Assembly: GCA_964470105.1 (NCBI GenBank)
Contig: CAYXZI010000004.1
Coordinates: 5,271 to 69,270 of the forward strand
Length of the DNA: 64,000 nt
Direction of reading: 5' to 3'
Source of the DNA: an uncultured Candidatus Saccharibacteria bacterium
GTDB taxonomy: Bacteria; Patescibacteriota; Minisyncoccia; Phycocordibacterales; PALSA-1337
Numbering within the stretch: position 1 is the first letter of the stretch; each line of letters opens with the position of its first letter. The notes beneath the pieces were generated by a model. That model saw only the letters and a program-made list of their open reading frames with translations. It was not told where the DNA came from and made no database searches. Below, piece after piece: positions 19,044 through 28,815 of the stretch. The position numbers were made by a program, and so were the translations under genes.

Positions 19044-20309
19044 TTAAAGGTAAGAAAGTGGATTAAGATGCGCAGAAGGATCCGCAAGAGGATACAATAC
19101 GTACCCGCACGATGTTTGGACAGATTTGATTTGTACCCCCTGAGTCGCATATAAACCAAAGTGTAGATGAGGTCCAGTAGTAAGACCTGTGTTCCCGCTA
19201 TAGCCTATTAAACCACCGGTTTCCACCTTTTGGCCCAGTATTACTGTTGGTAATGACAGGTGGCCGTACAATGAGGATAGGCCGTTATTATGTTTTATCA
19301 TGACCCACTTACCATATGCACATGGTATATTACCAAAACCGACAATTTCTCCAGCAAGTGCTGCTGTAACCGGAGTACCCACTGTCGCAGCGAAGTCTAG
19401 ACCATAATGCTGACCTGACTTGTAATACTTGAGGCTAGACTTACCGAAATACTGAGTAATTCTAACGCATGTTGTCGGCGAAAAAACACAATTATTGTGT
19501 AATGGCCATTTTAATATGGAACCACTCTTAGGTACGCTATTTGGATCAATAACTAATTTAAGTGATGATTCGAGCTCATTTATTTCCCTCTCGAAAGCCT
19601 CTTTTTGCAATTCCCTCTGCTTAAGCAGTCGAGAATAATTTGCTTCAGAATTTTTAGTCTCATTCAGTAACTCTTTCTTTTCCTTAACTGTACTGGCAAT
19701 TATATTTGCCTGATTCTTAAGATCGTTTGTAAGTACCATCAATTCGGCCTTCTTTTTTTCAGTTAATTTTTTATTTTCCTCAAGATTAATCTTTAGACTC
19801 TCTAAGTCCTTAATTTTATCCTGCATTTTACCTTGTAATACAACAAGCTCATCTGCAGTACGCCACATTTGTGAGAATGATTTTTGTCCCAATATACTTT
19901 CTACAACAGACACTGAATTCATTGTATATATATCAGTGATAGCTTTAGTTATGACTCTTTTTCCATCACTTATTCTATCTCCCTTATCACCAATCTGAAG
20001 ATTTAATTCTTTAATCTCCAGATTTTTAGACGCTATTTTATTCTCTGTTATCTTTGTGTCTGCTTCCAATTTCTTCTTAGAGATGTCCAGAGACTTAATT
20101 GTATTACTTAATGAATCTTTTTCTTTACCCAAAGCATCAATATCTGTTTGATATTGTCTAATTTCAGATTCTAATTTACTTATTGCATCATTCCTATCAT
20201 TAATCTTGTCTTTTATCTCTTCTACAGTTTCAGCTTTTACAGTTTGGGTTAATATGAAGGAAAATACAATAAAAAGTATGGTTATTTTTTTATATTTTAT
20301 CATATGCAA
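19044..20309 (-). CDS. M23 family metallopeptidase with N-terminal coiled coil (EnvC-like)
   Basis: Signal peptide and long coiled coil, then a LytM domain with HYGLDFAA and GPHLHFGLY motifs; the catalytic residues are intact. Confidence 0.8.
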   Translation of the reverse strand: MHMIKYKKITILFIVFSFILTQTVKAETVEEIKDKINDRNDAISKLESEIRQYQTDIDALGKEKDSLSNTIKSLDISKKKLEADTKITENKIASKNLEIKELNLQIGDKGDRISDGKRVITKAITDIYTMNSVSVVESILGQKSFSQMWRTADELVVLQGKMQDKIKDLESLKINLEENKKLTEKKKAELMVLTNDLKNQANIIASTVKEKKELLNETKNSEANYSRLLKQRELQKEAFEREINELESSLKLVIDPNSVPKSGSILKWPLHNNCVFSPTTCVRITQYFGKSSLKYYKSGQHYGLDFAATVGTPVTAALAGEIVGFGNIPCAYGKWVMIKHNNGLSSLYGHLSLPTVILGQKVETGGLIGYSGNTGLTTGPHLHFGLYATQGVQIKSVQTSCGYVLYPLADPSAHLNPLSYL

Positions 20310-21609
20310 ATTTAAGTCTCTTAAGAACCTCTTCCTTGCCTAATATTTCAGATATAGTAAAAGGATCTGGAGACTTATCCTTTCCTGATAGGGCATAGCG
20401 CATAGGCCAGAGTACATTCCCCTTCCCTTTTGATTCAGCTATAGGCCAAATTACATTTTTAACTGAATCCTTTGAAAAATCAGATACATCCTCGAGTAGA
20501 TCAATAATTATTTTTAAATATTCTTTTGTATTTACAAGATCTTTTTCCTGTTTCCATTTTAGTGACTCTATATTGTATTCAGGTAGTGGATTGATGAATG
20601 AAAGCTCTCCAGATAGCACCTCCCCTATTTCTCCTAAATAGCTGATTTTCTCCTTTATTAGAGGGAAAAGTTTGGGCGATGTATTCTTTGGAAGAAAATC
20701 ATTAGCTCGATTAGTAAATTCATCAATACTCATTTTTGATATGTATTGTTTGTTGAACCATTTTAGTTTCTCCTCATTGAAAATTGCCCCAGCCTTCTGT
20801 ATTTTTGAAATATCGAATACTTGGATTAACTCTTCAATACTAAACATTTCTTGATCAGTTCCCGGATTCCATCCAAGCATTGCTAGATAGTTCACTAGAG
20901 CTTCTGGTAGACATCCTTTGTCTCTGTACTCAGTCACACTGACTGCCCCATGCCTTCCTGATAACTTTGACCTATCTGAGGCTAGTATGAGCGGTAAATG
21001 AGCATATAGAGGCTGTGGAGCACCTATAGCTCTTTGTATGAGAATCTGTCTGGGTGTATTTGATATACCATCTTCACCACGGATAATATGCGTAACTCCC
21101 ATTTCAAAATCATCTATAACTACAGCTAGGTGATATAGTGGTTCATTTATATTTCTTGCGATAATAAAATCTTCTAAATCTGTTGTATCTATGGATATTT
21201 CTCCACGAATCAGATCAGTGAAGGTAATTTTAATATTTGGATTTCTAAATCTTACAACTTCATTCTCTTGACCAGCCTTGTCACCTTCCTCTATTTTTTC
21301 TTTTGATAGATAGGCCTTATCCTCAGCAATTAATCTAGCCAAATACTTTTTATATATTTCGTTTCTCTCACTCTGCCTCTCTATCACCTTGTTATCCCAA
21401 GATATACCCAACCAGCTTAGACTGTCCTTCATAATTTCCTCAAATTCAACTTTTGATCTTGCCTTGTCTGTATCTTCAAATCTAAATATGAGCTTACCAC
21501 CATTTTTCTTAGCAAAAATATAGTTAAAAAGAGCTGTTCTTGCACGTCCTATGTGCAGGAAACCAGTAGGGCTTGGTGGAAATCTAGTTATGACGTTACT
21601 TGTATTCAT
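20290..21609 (-). CDS. gltX: Glutamyl-tRNA synthetase
   Basis: RFPPSPTGFLHIGRARTALFNY (HIGH motif) and KLSGRHG (KMSKS-like). Confidence 0.9.
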   Translation of the reverse strand: MNTSNVITRFPPSPTGFLHIGRARTALFNYIFAKKNGGKLIFRFEDTDKARSKVEFEEIMKDSLSWLGISWDNKVIERQSERNEIYKKYLARLIAEDKAYLSKEKIEEGDKAGQENEVVRFRNPNIKITFTDLIRGEISIDTTDLEDFIIARNINEPLYHLAVVIDDFEMGVTHIIRGEDGISNTPRQILIQRAIGAPQPLYAHLPLILASDRSKLSGRHGAVSVTEYRDKGCLPEALVNYLAMLGWNPGTDQEMFSIEELIQVFDISKIQKAGAIFNEEKLKWFNKQYISKMSIDEFTNRANDFLPKNTSPKLFPLIKEKISYLGEIGEVLSGELSFINPLPEYNIESLKWKQEKDLVNTKEYLKIIIDLLEDVSDFSKDSVKNVIWPIAESKGKGNVLWPMRYALSGKDKSPDPFTISEILGKEEVLKRLKFAYDKI

Positions 21610-21675
21610 TAGCGGGTATTATAGCAAAAAAGTACCGATTAAGGTACTTTTTGCATAACATATTGCTATATGTAA

Positions 21676-22179
21676 TTAACCCTTTACCTCTGATACTGTT
21701 GAAGTTGCTCGGAATGGCTTCATTATGATATTTCCAGCCTCATCCTTAAGTGGCATATCCTTTGCAGCATCAAATACCTTATTTCCATCTGTGTCTGAGT
21801 ATATAACTGCATAGTACATACCACTATCGACAGTTGATGTCTTTAGAGTAATCTTACCTGGATTGATACCCTTATCAAAATACTGTGAACCGATTATATC
21901 ACCTGGAGTTCCAGCATTATCCTTCTTTACAACAACAAACCCTGGGTTTGCTAACTGAACTGAAGAAAGATATACAACATTTCCTGGGAATTGATCAGTG
22001 ACCACCACTCGATTCAAATCTTTTGAAGTACTTATTGCTGTATTATCGTTATCATTATCCATATCTGTAGTTACTCCATTACCCTTAAACATATAGTATC
22101 CAAGGAGGATAAGCACGATGATAACAATTACTGTTACTACCCACTGCCATGTTCTAATTCCACTTGTTTCTGGTTGCAT
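21676..22179 (-). CDS. Hypothetical secreted/membrane-anchored protein
   Basis: N-terminal TM anchor with no recognised domain. Confidence 0.4.
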   Translation of the reverse strand: MQPETSGIRTWQWVVTVIVIIVLILLGYYMFKGNGVTTDMDNDNDNTAISTSKDLNRVVVTDQFPGNVVYLSSVQLANPGFVVVKKDNAGTPGDIIGSQYFDKGINPGKITLKTSTVDSGMYYAVIYSDTDGNKVFDAAKDMPLKDEAGNIIMKPFRATSTVSEVKG

Positions 22180-22241
22180 AATTTTTATAATTAAATATTA
22201 ATGCTAATAAATATATTGAGACCACTATTATACCATACTAC

Positions 22242-23378
22242 TTATTCATGTTTCAAGCCAATCTCAAGTATAGCTTCAGCGATTTTAGATGCAGCATCCG
22301 TATGACTAAAGCTCTTTGCTCCTTGTTTCATCTTCTCTCTTATATTCTGATTGTTAAGTATTCTATCAATCTCAGAAACTAGTATATGTGAGTTCAGATT
22401 TTCCTCCTCTATAACCGTGCAGGCTCCACTATGAGCATATGCAAATGCATTTTTAACCTGATCATGACTAACCTCCTTTGAAAGAGGTATGATAATTGAT
22501 GGTATTCCCCATGCTGAAATTTCAAATATGGTTGATCCAGCCCTAGAAATAACGAGATCAGATACGCCTGCAGCCATTCTTATAGCTAAATCATTTAAAT
22601 AGTCAAAAGGATGATATCTGTATGATGTAGTTGAATCCTTAAGAACTACACCCGTCGTCTCTTTAACTACTGCCAAATTATTCCTGCCTGTCTGGTGTAA
22701 TATTTGGTATCTCTTAACAAGTTCACTGACACTATCAATCAATACATCGTTAATTATTTGTGAACCCTGTGATCCACCAAGGATGAATATGGTTGGAGTT
22801 TTTTCTTCAAGGTTTAGAAATTCCCTGGCTCCATTTGATAGAGGTAGAACAATTTCTTTTCTAATTGGATTACCTGTATACGCGACCTTCCCTTCCTTCA
22901 CTTGTTTTTCGAAAGAATTAGCTACTTGTGGATATGATATAGCTATTTTCTGCGCAAAGTTGGCTGCCCATTTATTAACTCTACCAGGTGAGCTATCTGA
23001 TTCGTGAATTATAACTGGTATACGCAATATCTTCGCAGCAAGAAGAGCGGGAAAGCTGGTATAGCCACCTTTAGCAAAAATCACATCCGGATATATACTA
23101 TATACTTTGGTTATTGCAACAAATACACCATAGAGTGTTTTAAAAAGATCAGTAAAGTTAAGTATTGAAAAGTATCTCCTAATCTTTCCCGCAGGTACCT
23201 GTATGAACTCTATCTCATTATCAAACAATGCTCTCGCATTATACCTATTGGGTGACATGAAATAATATTTAGGGGGCAATATCTTTTTCTCAGCTACTTT
23301 ATCATTAAGAGCCTGAACAACTGCAATAATTGGATAGAAATGTCCTCCTGTACCTCCACCTGTAAAAAGAATTTTCAT
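22242..23378 (-). CDS. murG: MurG glycosyltransferase
   Basis: ILFTGGGTGGHFYPIIAV N-terminal motif and a GT28 C-terminal domain. Confidence 0.9.
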   Translation of the reverse strand: MKILFTGGGTGGHFYPIIAVVQALNDKVAEKKILPPKYYFMSPNRYNARALFDNEIEFIQVPAGKIRRYFSILNFTDLFKTLYGVFVAITKVYSIYPDVIFAKGGYTSFPALLAAKILRIPVIIHESDSSPGRVNKWAANFAQKIAISYPQVANSFEKQVKEGKVAYTGNPIRKEIVLPLSNGAREFLNLEEKTPTIFILGGSQGSQIINDVLIDSVSELVKRYQILHQTGRNNLAVVKETTGVVLKDSTTSYRYHPFDYLNDLAIRMAAGVSDLVISRAGSTIFEISAWGIPSIIIPLSKEVSHDQVKNAFAYAHSGACTVIEEENLNSHILVSEIDRILNNQNIREKMKQGAKSFSHTDAASKIAEAILEIGLKHE

Positions 23379-24469
23379 GATTGATATTTAGAAATATTTG
23401 CGATAATTCCAGCAGCTGCTAGGGTGATAATTAAAGCCGTTCCACCGTGACTTACGAATAGAAGCGGCATACCTGATAGCGGTATTAAACCGAGCATTGA
23501 TGATATATTCATAAATGACTCGATTAATATAAGTATAGCAATACCTATTGCAACAAGTCCACCGAATGGGTCCTGCACCTTTACCGATATTTTCATTGAT
23601 CTAATGAAAAAAAGAAGGAAAAGTCCAATTAAGACCAGGCTCCCAATAAAACCGAATTCTTCTGCACCAACAGCAAATATTGAGTCTCCGATGGGTTCGG
23701 GTAAATAATTAAATTTTTGTATACTTTGACCAAATCCTCTTCCAATAATTTGTCCTGAACCTATAGCAATAAGTGATTGCTGTATTTGATATCCTGCACC
23801 CTTGGAGTCTACAGCGCCATTTACGAATGTCATTATTCTCTGTTTAACATATGGACGGAAATATACAAGACTAGCTAATAGCACAAGCATAGTAAGGCAG
23901 AGTAGAGCTATATACCTTAACCTGCCTCCAGCAATATATAGCATTATCATTCCTGTTGTCGCTATAACTACAAGAGTATCCGTATCAGATTGTGCAAGGA
24001 GTAATATTCCCAAAATACCTACGATAATTGCATACGGTAGGATTCCAAATTTGAATGTTTGCACTTTCTCCTTTAATCCGGATAGCCATGCAGCAAAATA
24101 TATTATGAAAGCGATCTTTAAGAACTCTGAAGGTTGGAATGTGATGAATCCCAAGTCTATCCATCTCGATGCTCCTCCATGATTTAATGCAAATGCTGGT
24201 ATGAAAAGTAGGAGATTAATAAAAATCGCACCGATTAAAATATAAAATGCGTATTTTCTAAGCTTTTTATAGTGCAGTCTAGACATAACATAGAAAGCAA
24301 TTATTCCTAGGAATAATCCCATGGATTGATTGAGTGCAACAGATTGAAAACTCGCACCATTACGCGCCAAAAGGCCAAGTGAGGCAGAACTAAAGATAAA
24401 AAAGCCAGTTATCGCTAGTAGGCCAACAGACACTAGAAATAGTTTATCAATCTTTAATTTGTTCATCAT
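23375..24469 (-). CDS. ftsW: SEDS family peptidoglycan polymerase FtsW/RodA
   Basis: About 10 TM helices with SEDS conserved blocks. Adjacent to murG. Confidence 0.85.
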   Translation of the reverse strand: MMNKLKIDKLFLVSVGLLAITGFFIFSSASLGLLARNGASFQSVALNQSMGLFLGIIAFYVMSRLHYKKLRKYAFYILIGAIFINLLLFIPAFALNHGGASRWIDLGFITFQPSEFLKIAFIIYFAAWLSGLKEKVQTFKFGILPYAIIVGILGILLLAQSDTDTLVVIATTGMIMLYIAGGRLRYIALLCLTMLVLLASLVYFRPYVKQRIMTFVNGAVDSKGAGYQIQQSLIAIGSGQIIGRGFGQSIQKFNYLPEPIGDSIFAVGAEEFGFIGSLVLIGLFLLFFIRSMKISVKVQDPFGGLVAIGIAILILIESFMNISSMLGLIPLSGMPLLFVSHGGTALIITLAAAGIIANISKYQS

Positions 24470-25001
24470 TTGTCTGTGTTTTAAATATTTCTATATCTCT
24501 TTTTACTGCTTCGAATTCCGGTATATCTTCTATCTTTGAAATTCCTAAATAAGACATTAGTTCGAGTGTTGGTTTATATAAAAAGCTTCTCTGATCTTGT
24601 GGATTATCAACTCTTTCGATTAATCCACGGATGAGTAGATTTCTTAATATAAATTGAGAATTAACTCCACGTATATAGTCTATATCAGCCCTAGATATAG
24701 GACCTTGGTATAGGATTATAGACATAGTTTCAAGTCCAGCTTTTCCCAAGTCTCTTGATAATTCCTCCTTATTTAATTTCTCAATTAATCCAGAGACCTC
24801 CTTTGCAGTACCCAGTGTCACATCATCCTCCCATTCGATTAGAGTGAGCCCTCTACCGTTCAATGATTCTCTTAACTTTTTAATTCCTTCTTTTATTTCA
24901 TTTACATCCTTTTCTAAAATAGATGCTATTTTTTTAATAGAAAGAGTCTCTGCTTTCCAGAATAGTAATGCTTCAATTTGTGATTCAAGACTTATTTTCA
25001 T
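24447..25001 (-). CDS. scpB: Segregation and condensation protein B
   Basis: IEALLFWKAETLSIKKIASIL and two winged-helix repeats. Confidence 0.8.
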   Translation of the reverse strand: MKISLESQIEALLFWKAETLSIKKIASILEKDVNEIKEGIKKLRESLNGRGLTLIEWEDDVTLGTAKEVSGLIEKLNKEELSRDLGKAGLETMSIILYQGPISRADIDYIRGVNSQFILRNLLIRGLIERVDNPQDQRSFLYKPTLELMSYLGISKIEDIPEFEAVKRDIEIFKTQTNDEQIKD

Positions 25002-25004
25002 ATA

Positions 25005-25736
25005 TTAATTATATCTTGGAACTCCAACTTCTTTTGTTTCCATATGGATATCACCGTAGTGATTCTCTTGTGATACGTGTATTATACCCTGCTTTACGAG
25101 CTCAAGCATAGCTAGAAAACTTACAATAACATTTACTTTTTCCTCTTTATGGATACTGGAGAATTCACTAAACTTCATTTTTAAACCAGAAGTAATACGT
25201 TTTGTAAGACTATCTATCATCTCCTCTAGACTTATAACTTTTCTAACTACAGCCTTAGGAATATTCTCTTTCTTTGGTAAAGATTTTATAATATCTTTAA
25301 TTGCTTGTGCTAGAGAGAGTAGATTCACAGATTCATGAGGTGAGAATACTGGTTCTGATGCTCTAGTTTGAGACTGGGGAAATATAATCTCTTTTCCAAA
25401 CATATCTTTTATGTGTAAACTCGCATCTTTTATTCTCTTGTATATCTTTAGTCGAGTCTCTAGATCATGTATTCCCTCCTCTTCCTCTTCAGTAAGGTTC
25501 AGTGATGGTAGAAGTGATTTTGATTTAATCAAAAGGAGAGTAGAAGCGATGAGAATGAACTGGGCAGCATCAGCCATAGGTAAAGACTCAAAACTTTTGA
25601 TATGATCTATGAAATCATCAGTGACCTTAGCTAAAGCAATATCATTTATGAAAAGTTTTCTCTTTTCAACAAGAGTTAGAAGGAGGTCTAATGGACCCTC
25701 GAAGGCTTCTGTTTTTATTTTAAAAGCATCTGGCAT
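25005..25736 (-). CDS. scpA: Segregation and condensation protein A (kleisin)
   Basis: FEGPLDLLLTLVEKRKLFINDIALAKVTDDF N-terminal kleisin motif. Confidence 0.8.
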   Translation of the reverse strand: MPDAFKIKTEAFEGPLDLLLTLVEKRKLFINDIALAKVTDDFIDHIKSFESLPMADAAQFILIASTLLLIKSKSLLPSLNLTEEEEEGIHDLETRLKIYKRIKDASLHIKDMFGKEIIFPQSQTRASEPVFSPHESVNLLSLAQAIKDIIKSLPKKENIPKAVVRKVISLEEMIDSLTKRITSGLKMKFSEFSSIHKEEKVNVIVSFLAMLELVKQGIIHVSQENHYGDIHMETKEVGVPRYN

Positions 25737-25853
25737 AGAGATATTATAGCAGGAAATTAATTATCTTGACTTATATATTGATTTTGTTAATATTAAATCA
25801 TACTTAAGAAAAAGACCTTGATGGAGCTCGTCTCCATTGAGGGCTTTTTCATT

Positions 25854-26351
25854 CTAGACCACTTTCTTTATTTCTAAGTTTGCTCTTTGCGTATCTATAT
25901 AAGTTATAGGTATTGATAACCTTTTAAGTAGGAGAGAGCATCTATTCCTTGGTGATATCACAGAGAGTAGGGATTTAGTTTCATTGAGAAATCTTGCTAC
26001 ACAGGCAAAATCTCCATCACTAGTAACAATTAATGCTTTCCAAAAGCGCCACAGGTGATAATCATCTACGATCTTTAGAACTAATTCGGAATCACAATTG
26101 CCTTTTATATTACCACTTGAATCTCGAGTAGTCTCCTTAAAAATTAGTTTGTAACCAGAATCACTTAAACTTTTGTACAGCCATTCATTTTTTTGATTAT
26201 GTCCGATAAACAAATATGCATGACTTATATCATATTTATCACTAAGCCAAACTCTAAATCTTTTATAATCTAAATTCCAACCAAGATCCTTCATGCCCTG
26301 GTGTAAGTTTGAACCATCAATATACGCACAGTTGTGTAGACTATCGATCAT
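25854..26351 (-). CDS. NYN-domain (LabA-like, PIN-like) protein
   Basis: YIDGSNL...LIVTSDGDFACVARFL matches the NYN family acidic-residue pattern. 165 aa, stand-alone. Confidence 0.6.
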   Translation of the reverse strand: MIDSLHNCAYIDGSNLHQGMKDLGWNLDYKRFRVWLSDKYDISHAYLFIGHNQKNEWLYKSLSDSGYKLIFKETTRDSSGNIKGNCDSELVLKIVDDYHLWRFWKALIVTSDGDFACVARFLNETKSLLSVISPRNRCSLLLKRLSIPITYIDTQRANLEIKKVV

Positions 26352-26528
26352 CTACCAATACTATCAAACTAGAACTAGAACAAAATAAGATATTGATAAA
26401 ATCTAAATGAAATTTTTATCAGAATTTTATTTGGTAATAGAGCAGGTAAATACTAGGTGAAATCTGCCTTTATTTCACGTACAAAAAAGTAGAGCATAAA
26501 TTATATAATTGTGAAGTAAAATTAGAAG

Positions 26529-27929
26529 TTATTTCCCCTCCTTTATCTCCAATCCCAACTCTTTCAACTGCTTAGCAGTAACCTTCCCTGGTGCCCCCAT
26601 CATTGGATCTCTTCCCTCTCCAGTCTTAGCGAAAGCGATTACTTCTCGAATATTAGGTTCATTCTCAAGTATCATAATTAGTCTATCCAATCCCCATGCC
26701 ATTCCACCATGTGGAGGTGTTCCGGATCCAAGAGCATTAAGCATGTGTCCAAAGTTTCTCTCTATTCTTTCATCCTCATATCCCATAATTTTAAATACAG
26801 ATTTCAAGGCTTCAGGATTATGATTTCTAATACTTCCACCACCAATCTCATATCCATTTAGAACAAGATCGTACTGAGTTGTAAAAATATTCTCTATATT
26901 CTTCTGCTCCATTAGATCTTTCATTGACTCTGGAGTTGGTGCAGAAAATGGATTATGAGTAAATGTCCAACCCTTTGTTTCTTCATCCTTTTCAAACATT
27001 GGGAAATCTACCACCCAAAGAAAAGCTAATTCATTTGGATTGTTTTTATCCTTTCTTATATCTGGCTTATCACTCTTATATTTCTCCATTGCCTCCTTGT
27101 ATGTCATTACTGGAATTGGAGTTTGTTGTATTTCTTTGTTTGGATATATTGATTTAACAAGATCAAGTACGATCTTTTCGTTTACTTCCATCACATCCTT
27201 TTGTTCAACAAAGCTCATTTCCATATCTAGCTGAGTGAATTCTGGCTGACGATCACCACGTGTGTCTTCATCACGCATACAACGAGCAATCTGGAAATAT
27301 TTCTCGAATCCTGAAGCCATTAGTAATTGCTTGTACTGTTGTGGTGATTGAGGGAGAGAGTAGAAGTGACCTACATCTAGTCTTGAAGGAACGATAAAGT
27401 CACGTGAACCTTCTGGAGTTGTTGCTGATAGTAGTGGAGTTTCAATTTCATTAAATCCTTCCTTAGAAAAAGCATTTCTTATATGAAGAGTTAATTTGCT
27501 TCTATTTAAAATATTTTTTTGTAATCTAGGTCTTCTTAGATCCTGATATCGATATTTCAACCTTACTTCCTCATTAATATCCTTTCCATCTTCATGCAAA
27601 TCAAATGGTGGTGTTGAAGCACTATTCAATACCTCAATACCAAGAATCTCAAGCTCTATATCTCCATTTAACTTATCTTTCTGTACATTCTTCTCTGGAC
27701 GAGCATTTACTTTTCCATGCACTTTAACTACCCATTCAGAGCGTAGAGTAGAACCTACAGCATGAGCTTCCTTTGCATTAGGGAGAATCACACCTTGTAT
27801 CTTTCCCGTTACATCACGGAAATCAAAGAAGATTAGTTTACCTTGATCACGGCGTATATCAACCCAGCCTGATATACTAACTTCTTTTCCTAATTGTGAC
27901 TTTAAATCTTTTATATATGTTCTTTCCAT
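26529..27929 (-). CDS. aspS: Aspartyl-tRNA synthetase, GAD-less type
   Basis: WVDIRRDQGKLIFFDFRD anticodon OB fold, FTQLDMEMSF motif 2 region, and GGMAWGLDRLIMIL motif 3. The sequence goes from KSDKPDIRK directly to WVVDFPMFE, so there is no GAD insertion. Start moved to MERTYIK because the longer ORF would run through the T-box terminator. Confidence 0.9.
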   Translation of the reverse strand: MERTYIKDLKSQLGKEVSISGWVDIRRDQGKLIFFDFRDVTGKIQGVILPNAKEAHAVGSTLRSEWVVKVHGKVNARPEKNVQKDKLNGDIELEILGIEVLNSASTPPFDLHEDGKDINEEVRLKYRYQDLRRPRLQKNILNRSKLTLHIRNAFSKEGFNEIETPLLSATTPEGSRDFIVPSRLDVGHFYSLPQSPQQYKQLLMASGFEKYFQIARCMRDEDTRGDRQPEFTQLDMEMSFVEQKDVMEVNEKIVLDLVKSIYPNKEIQQTPIPVMTYKEAMEKYKSDKPDIRKDKNNPNELAFLWVVDFPMFEKDEETKGWTFTHNPFSAPTPESMKDLMEQKNIENIFTTQYDLVLNGYEIGGGSIRNHNPEALKSVFKIMGYEDERIERNFGHMLNALGSGTPPHGGMAWGLDRLIMILENEPNIREVIAFAKTGEGRDPMMGAPGKVTAKQLKELGLEIKEGK

Positions 27930-28135
27930 AAATTTGCTAGTTTTCGGAGAATGAAAAAACCCCTCCGAATTCATTAATAATAAATTCGCAGGGGCGATTT
28001 CATCGCGGTGCCACCCTGTTTTTAACTCATTATCTGCTAGCGAGCAGTGCGTGGGATTCTACTTACCTTGCGGCTTTCTTTCCCTATCTCACCGGTGTCA
28101 GCCGGGTCGTAGATGGGTAAAGTATGACATTAATA
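27930..28135 (-). promoter_or_regulatory. Asp T-box leader upstream of aspS
   Basis: In minus-strand sense it reads AAACAGGGUGGCACCGCGAUGAAAUCG, the conserved T-box sequence; UGGC implies a discriminator G as in tRNA-Asp. It is followed directly by terminator CCCCUGCGAAUU...AAUUCGGAGGGG UUUUUU. GAC triplets occur in the upstream stem region as specifier candidates. Confidence 0.7.
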
Positions 28136-28150
28136 GAAGAAAAAGCAATT

Positions 28151-28179
28151 GTTGACGACAAATAAGTTTCGTGATATAA
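28151..28179 (+). promoter_or_regulatory. Promoter: TTGACG, 17-nt spacer, TATAAA
   Basis: About 11 nt upstream of ATG 28191, giving a very short leader. Confidence 0.4.
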
Positions 28180-28190
28180 AGAAATCTGAT

Positions 28191-28652
28191 ATGAAGACCA
28201 CATACTCTAGAAACGGTCGTCCGCTACCGCGAACAATCAAGGTGTTCAACGAGGATGAGTTCAAGAGACTGGGCGTCGAAGAACTCATTCGTGCCTTGAA
28301 GGCCGATAAGTTCCTTCGCTCGATGGTACAACGGGTTCAGTCTCGGCTCTCTGCTACAAAGCGAGAATATGCCACCTGGATCTTTAAACCCCACTTCCTC
28401 CCTTTTCGTACCGTCGGTACGACTACATATTTGGGTGTGAGAGGAAATGTGTGCGACACAATTCTGACAGCACAACTTTGGATCTACAGACCATCAAAGA
28501 AGGGTGACCCATTCCTTGATGGTAGGGTGACATTTAGTTACCCCCACACCATCTTCCTGTCACATCTCAACGGTGGGTGGAATGTTTCTCTTGGCGATGA
28601 TTCCCCAATGTCTCTCGCTTCGTTGGTCGAGCACATAGAGCAGCTTCGCTAG
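28191..28652 (+). CDS. Hypothetical protein encoded by a GC-rich gene
   Basis: 153 aa at about 50% GC in a 33% GC background. The first 11 nt ATGAAGACCAC are shared with the gene at 38158. Own terminator at 28680-28710. Confidence 0.45.
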   Translation: MKTTYSRNGRPLPRTIKVFNEDEFKRLGVEELIRALKADKFLRSMVQRVQSRLSATKREYATWIFKPHFLPFRTVGTTTYLGVRGNVCDTILTAQLWIYRPSKKGDPFLDGRVTFSYPHTIFLSHLNGGWNVSLGDDSPMSLASLVEHIEQLR

Positions 28653-28679
28653 AAATAGCTGCTCAACCAAACAAAAACA

Positions 28680-28710
28680 GTCCCCGAAATACTCGGGGAC
28701 TTGTTCTTTT
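28680..28710 (+). terminator. Intrinsic terminator
   Basis: Stem GTCCCCGA / TCGGGGAC followed by TTGTTCTTTT. Confidence 0.6.
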
Positions 28711-28815
28711 ATATAACCCCAATCGCTTTCTTAACCTCCAGCATCTTTGCATTTGCAACCTCATTTGCCTTTCGTGATCCTTTTTCTAGTATTTTTCTTA
28801 CTGAATCTAAATCTT
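28711..28815. repeat. Non-coding, about 92%-identical copy of the trpS 3' end; direct repeat partner of 29273-29377
   Basis: Aligns base by base with the segment encoding the TrpS C-terminus (about 8 mismatches over about 105 nt). Similarity ends where the dCTP-deaminase-like gene terminates. Confidence 0.7.

Noticed and set aside
28191-28652. Family relationship among all GC-rich cassette proteins
   Set aside because: Apart from the 42345/42839 pair (weak N-terminal similarity) the proteins share no detectable sequence similarity. Only the nucleotide-level flanking motifs are shared, so I do not call them a protein family.
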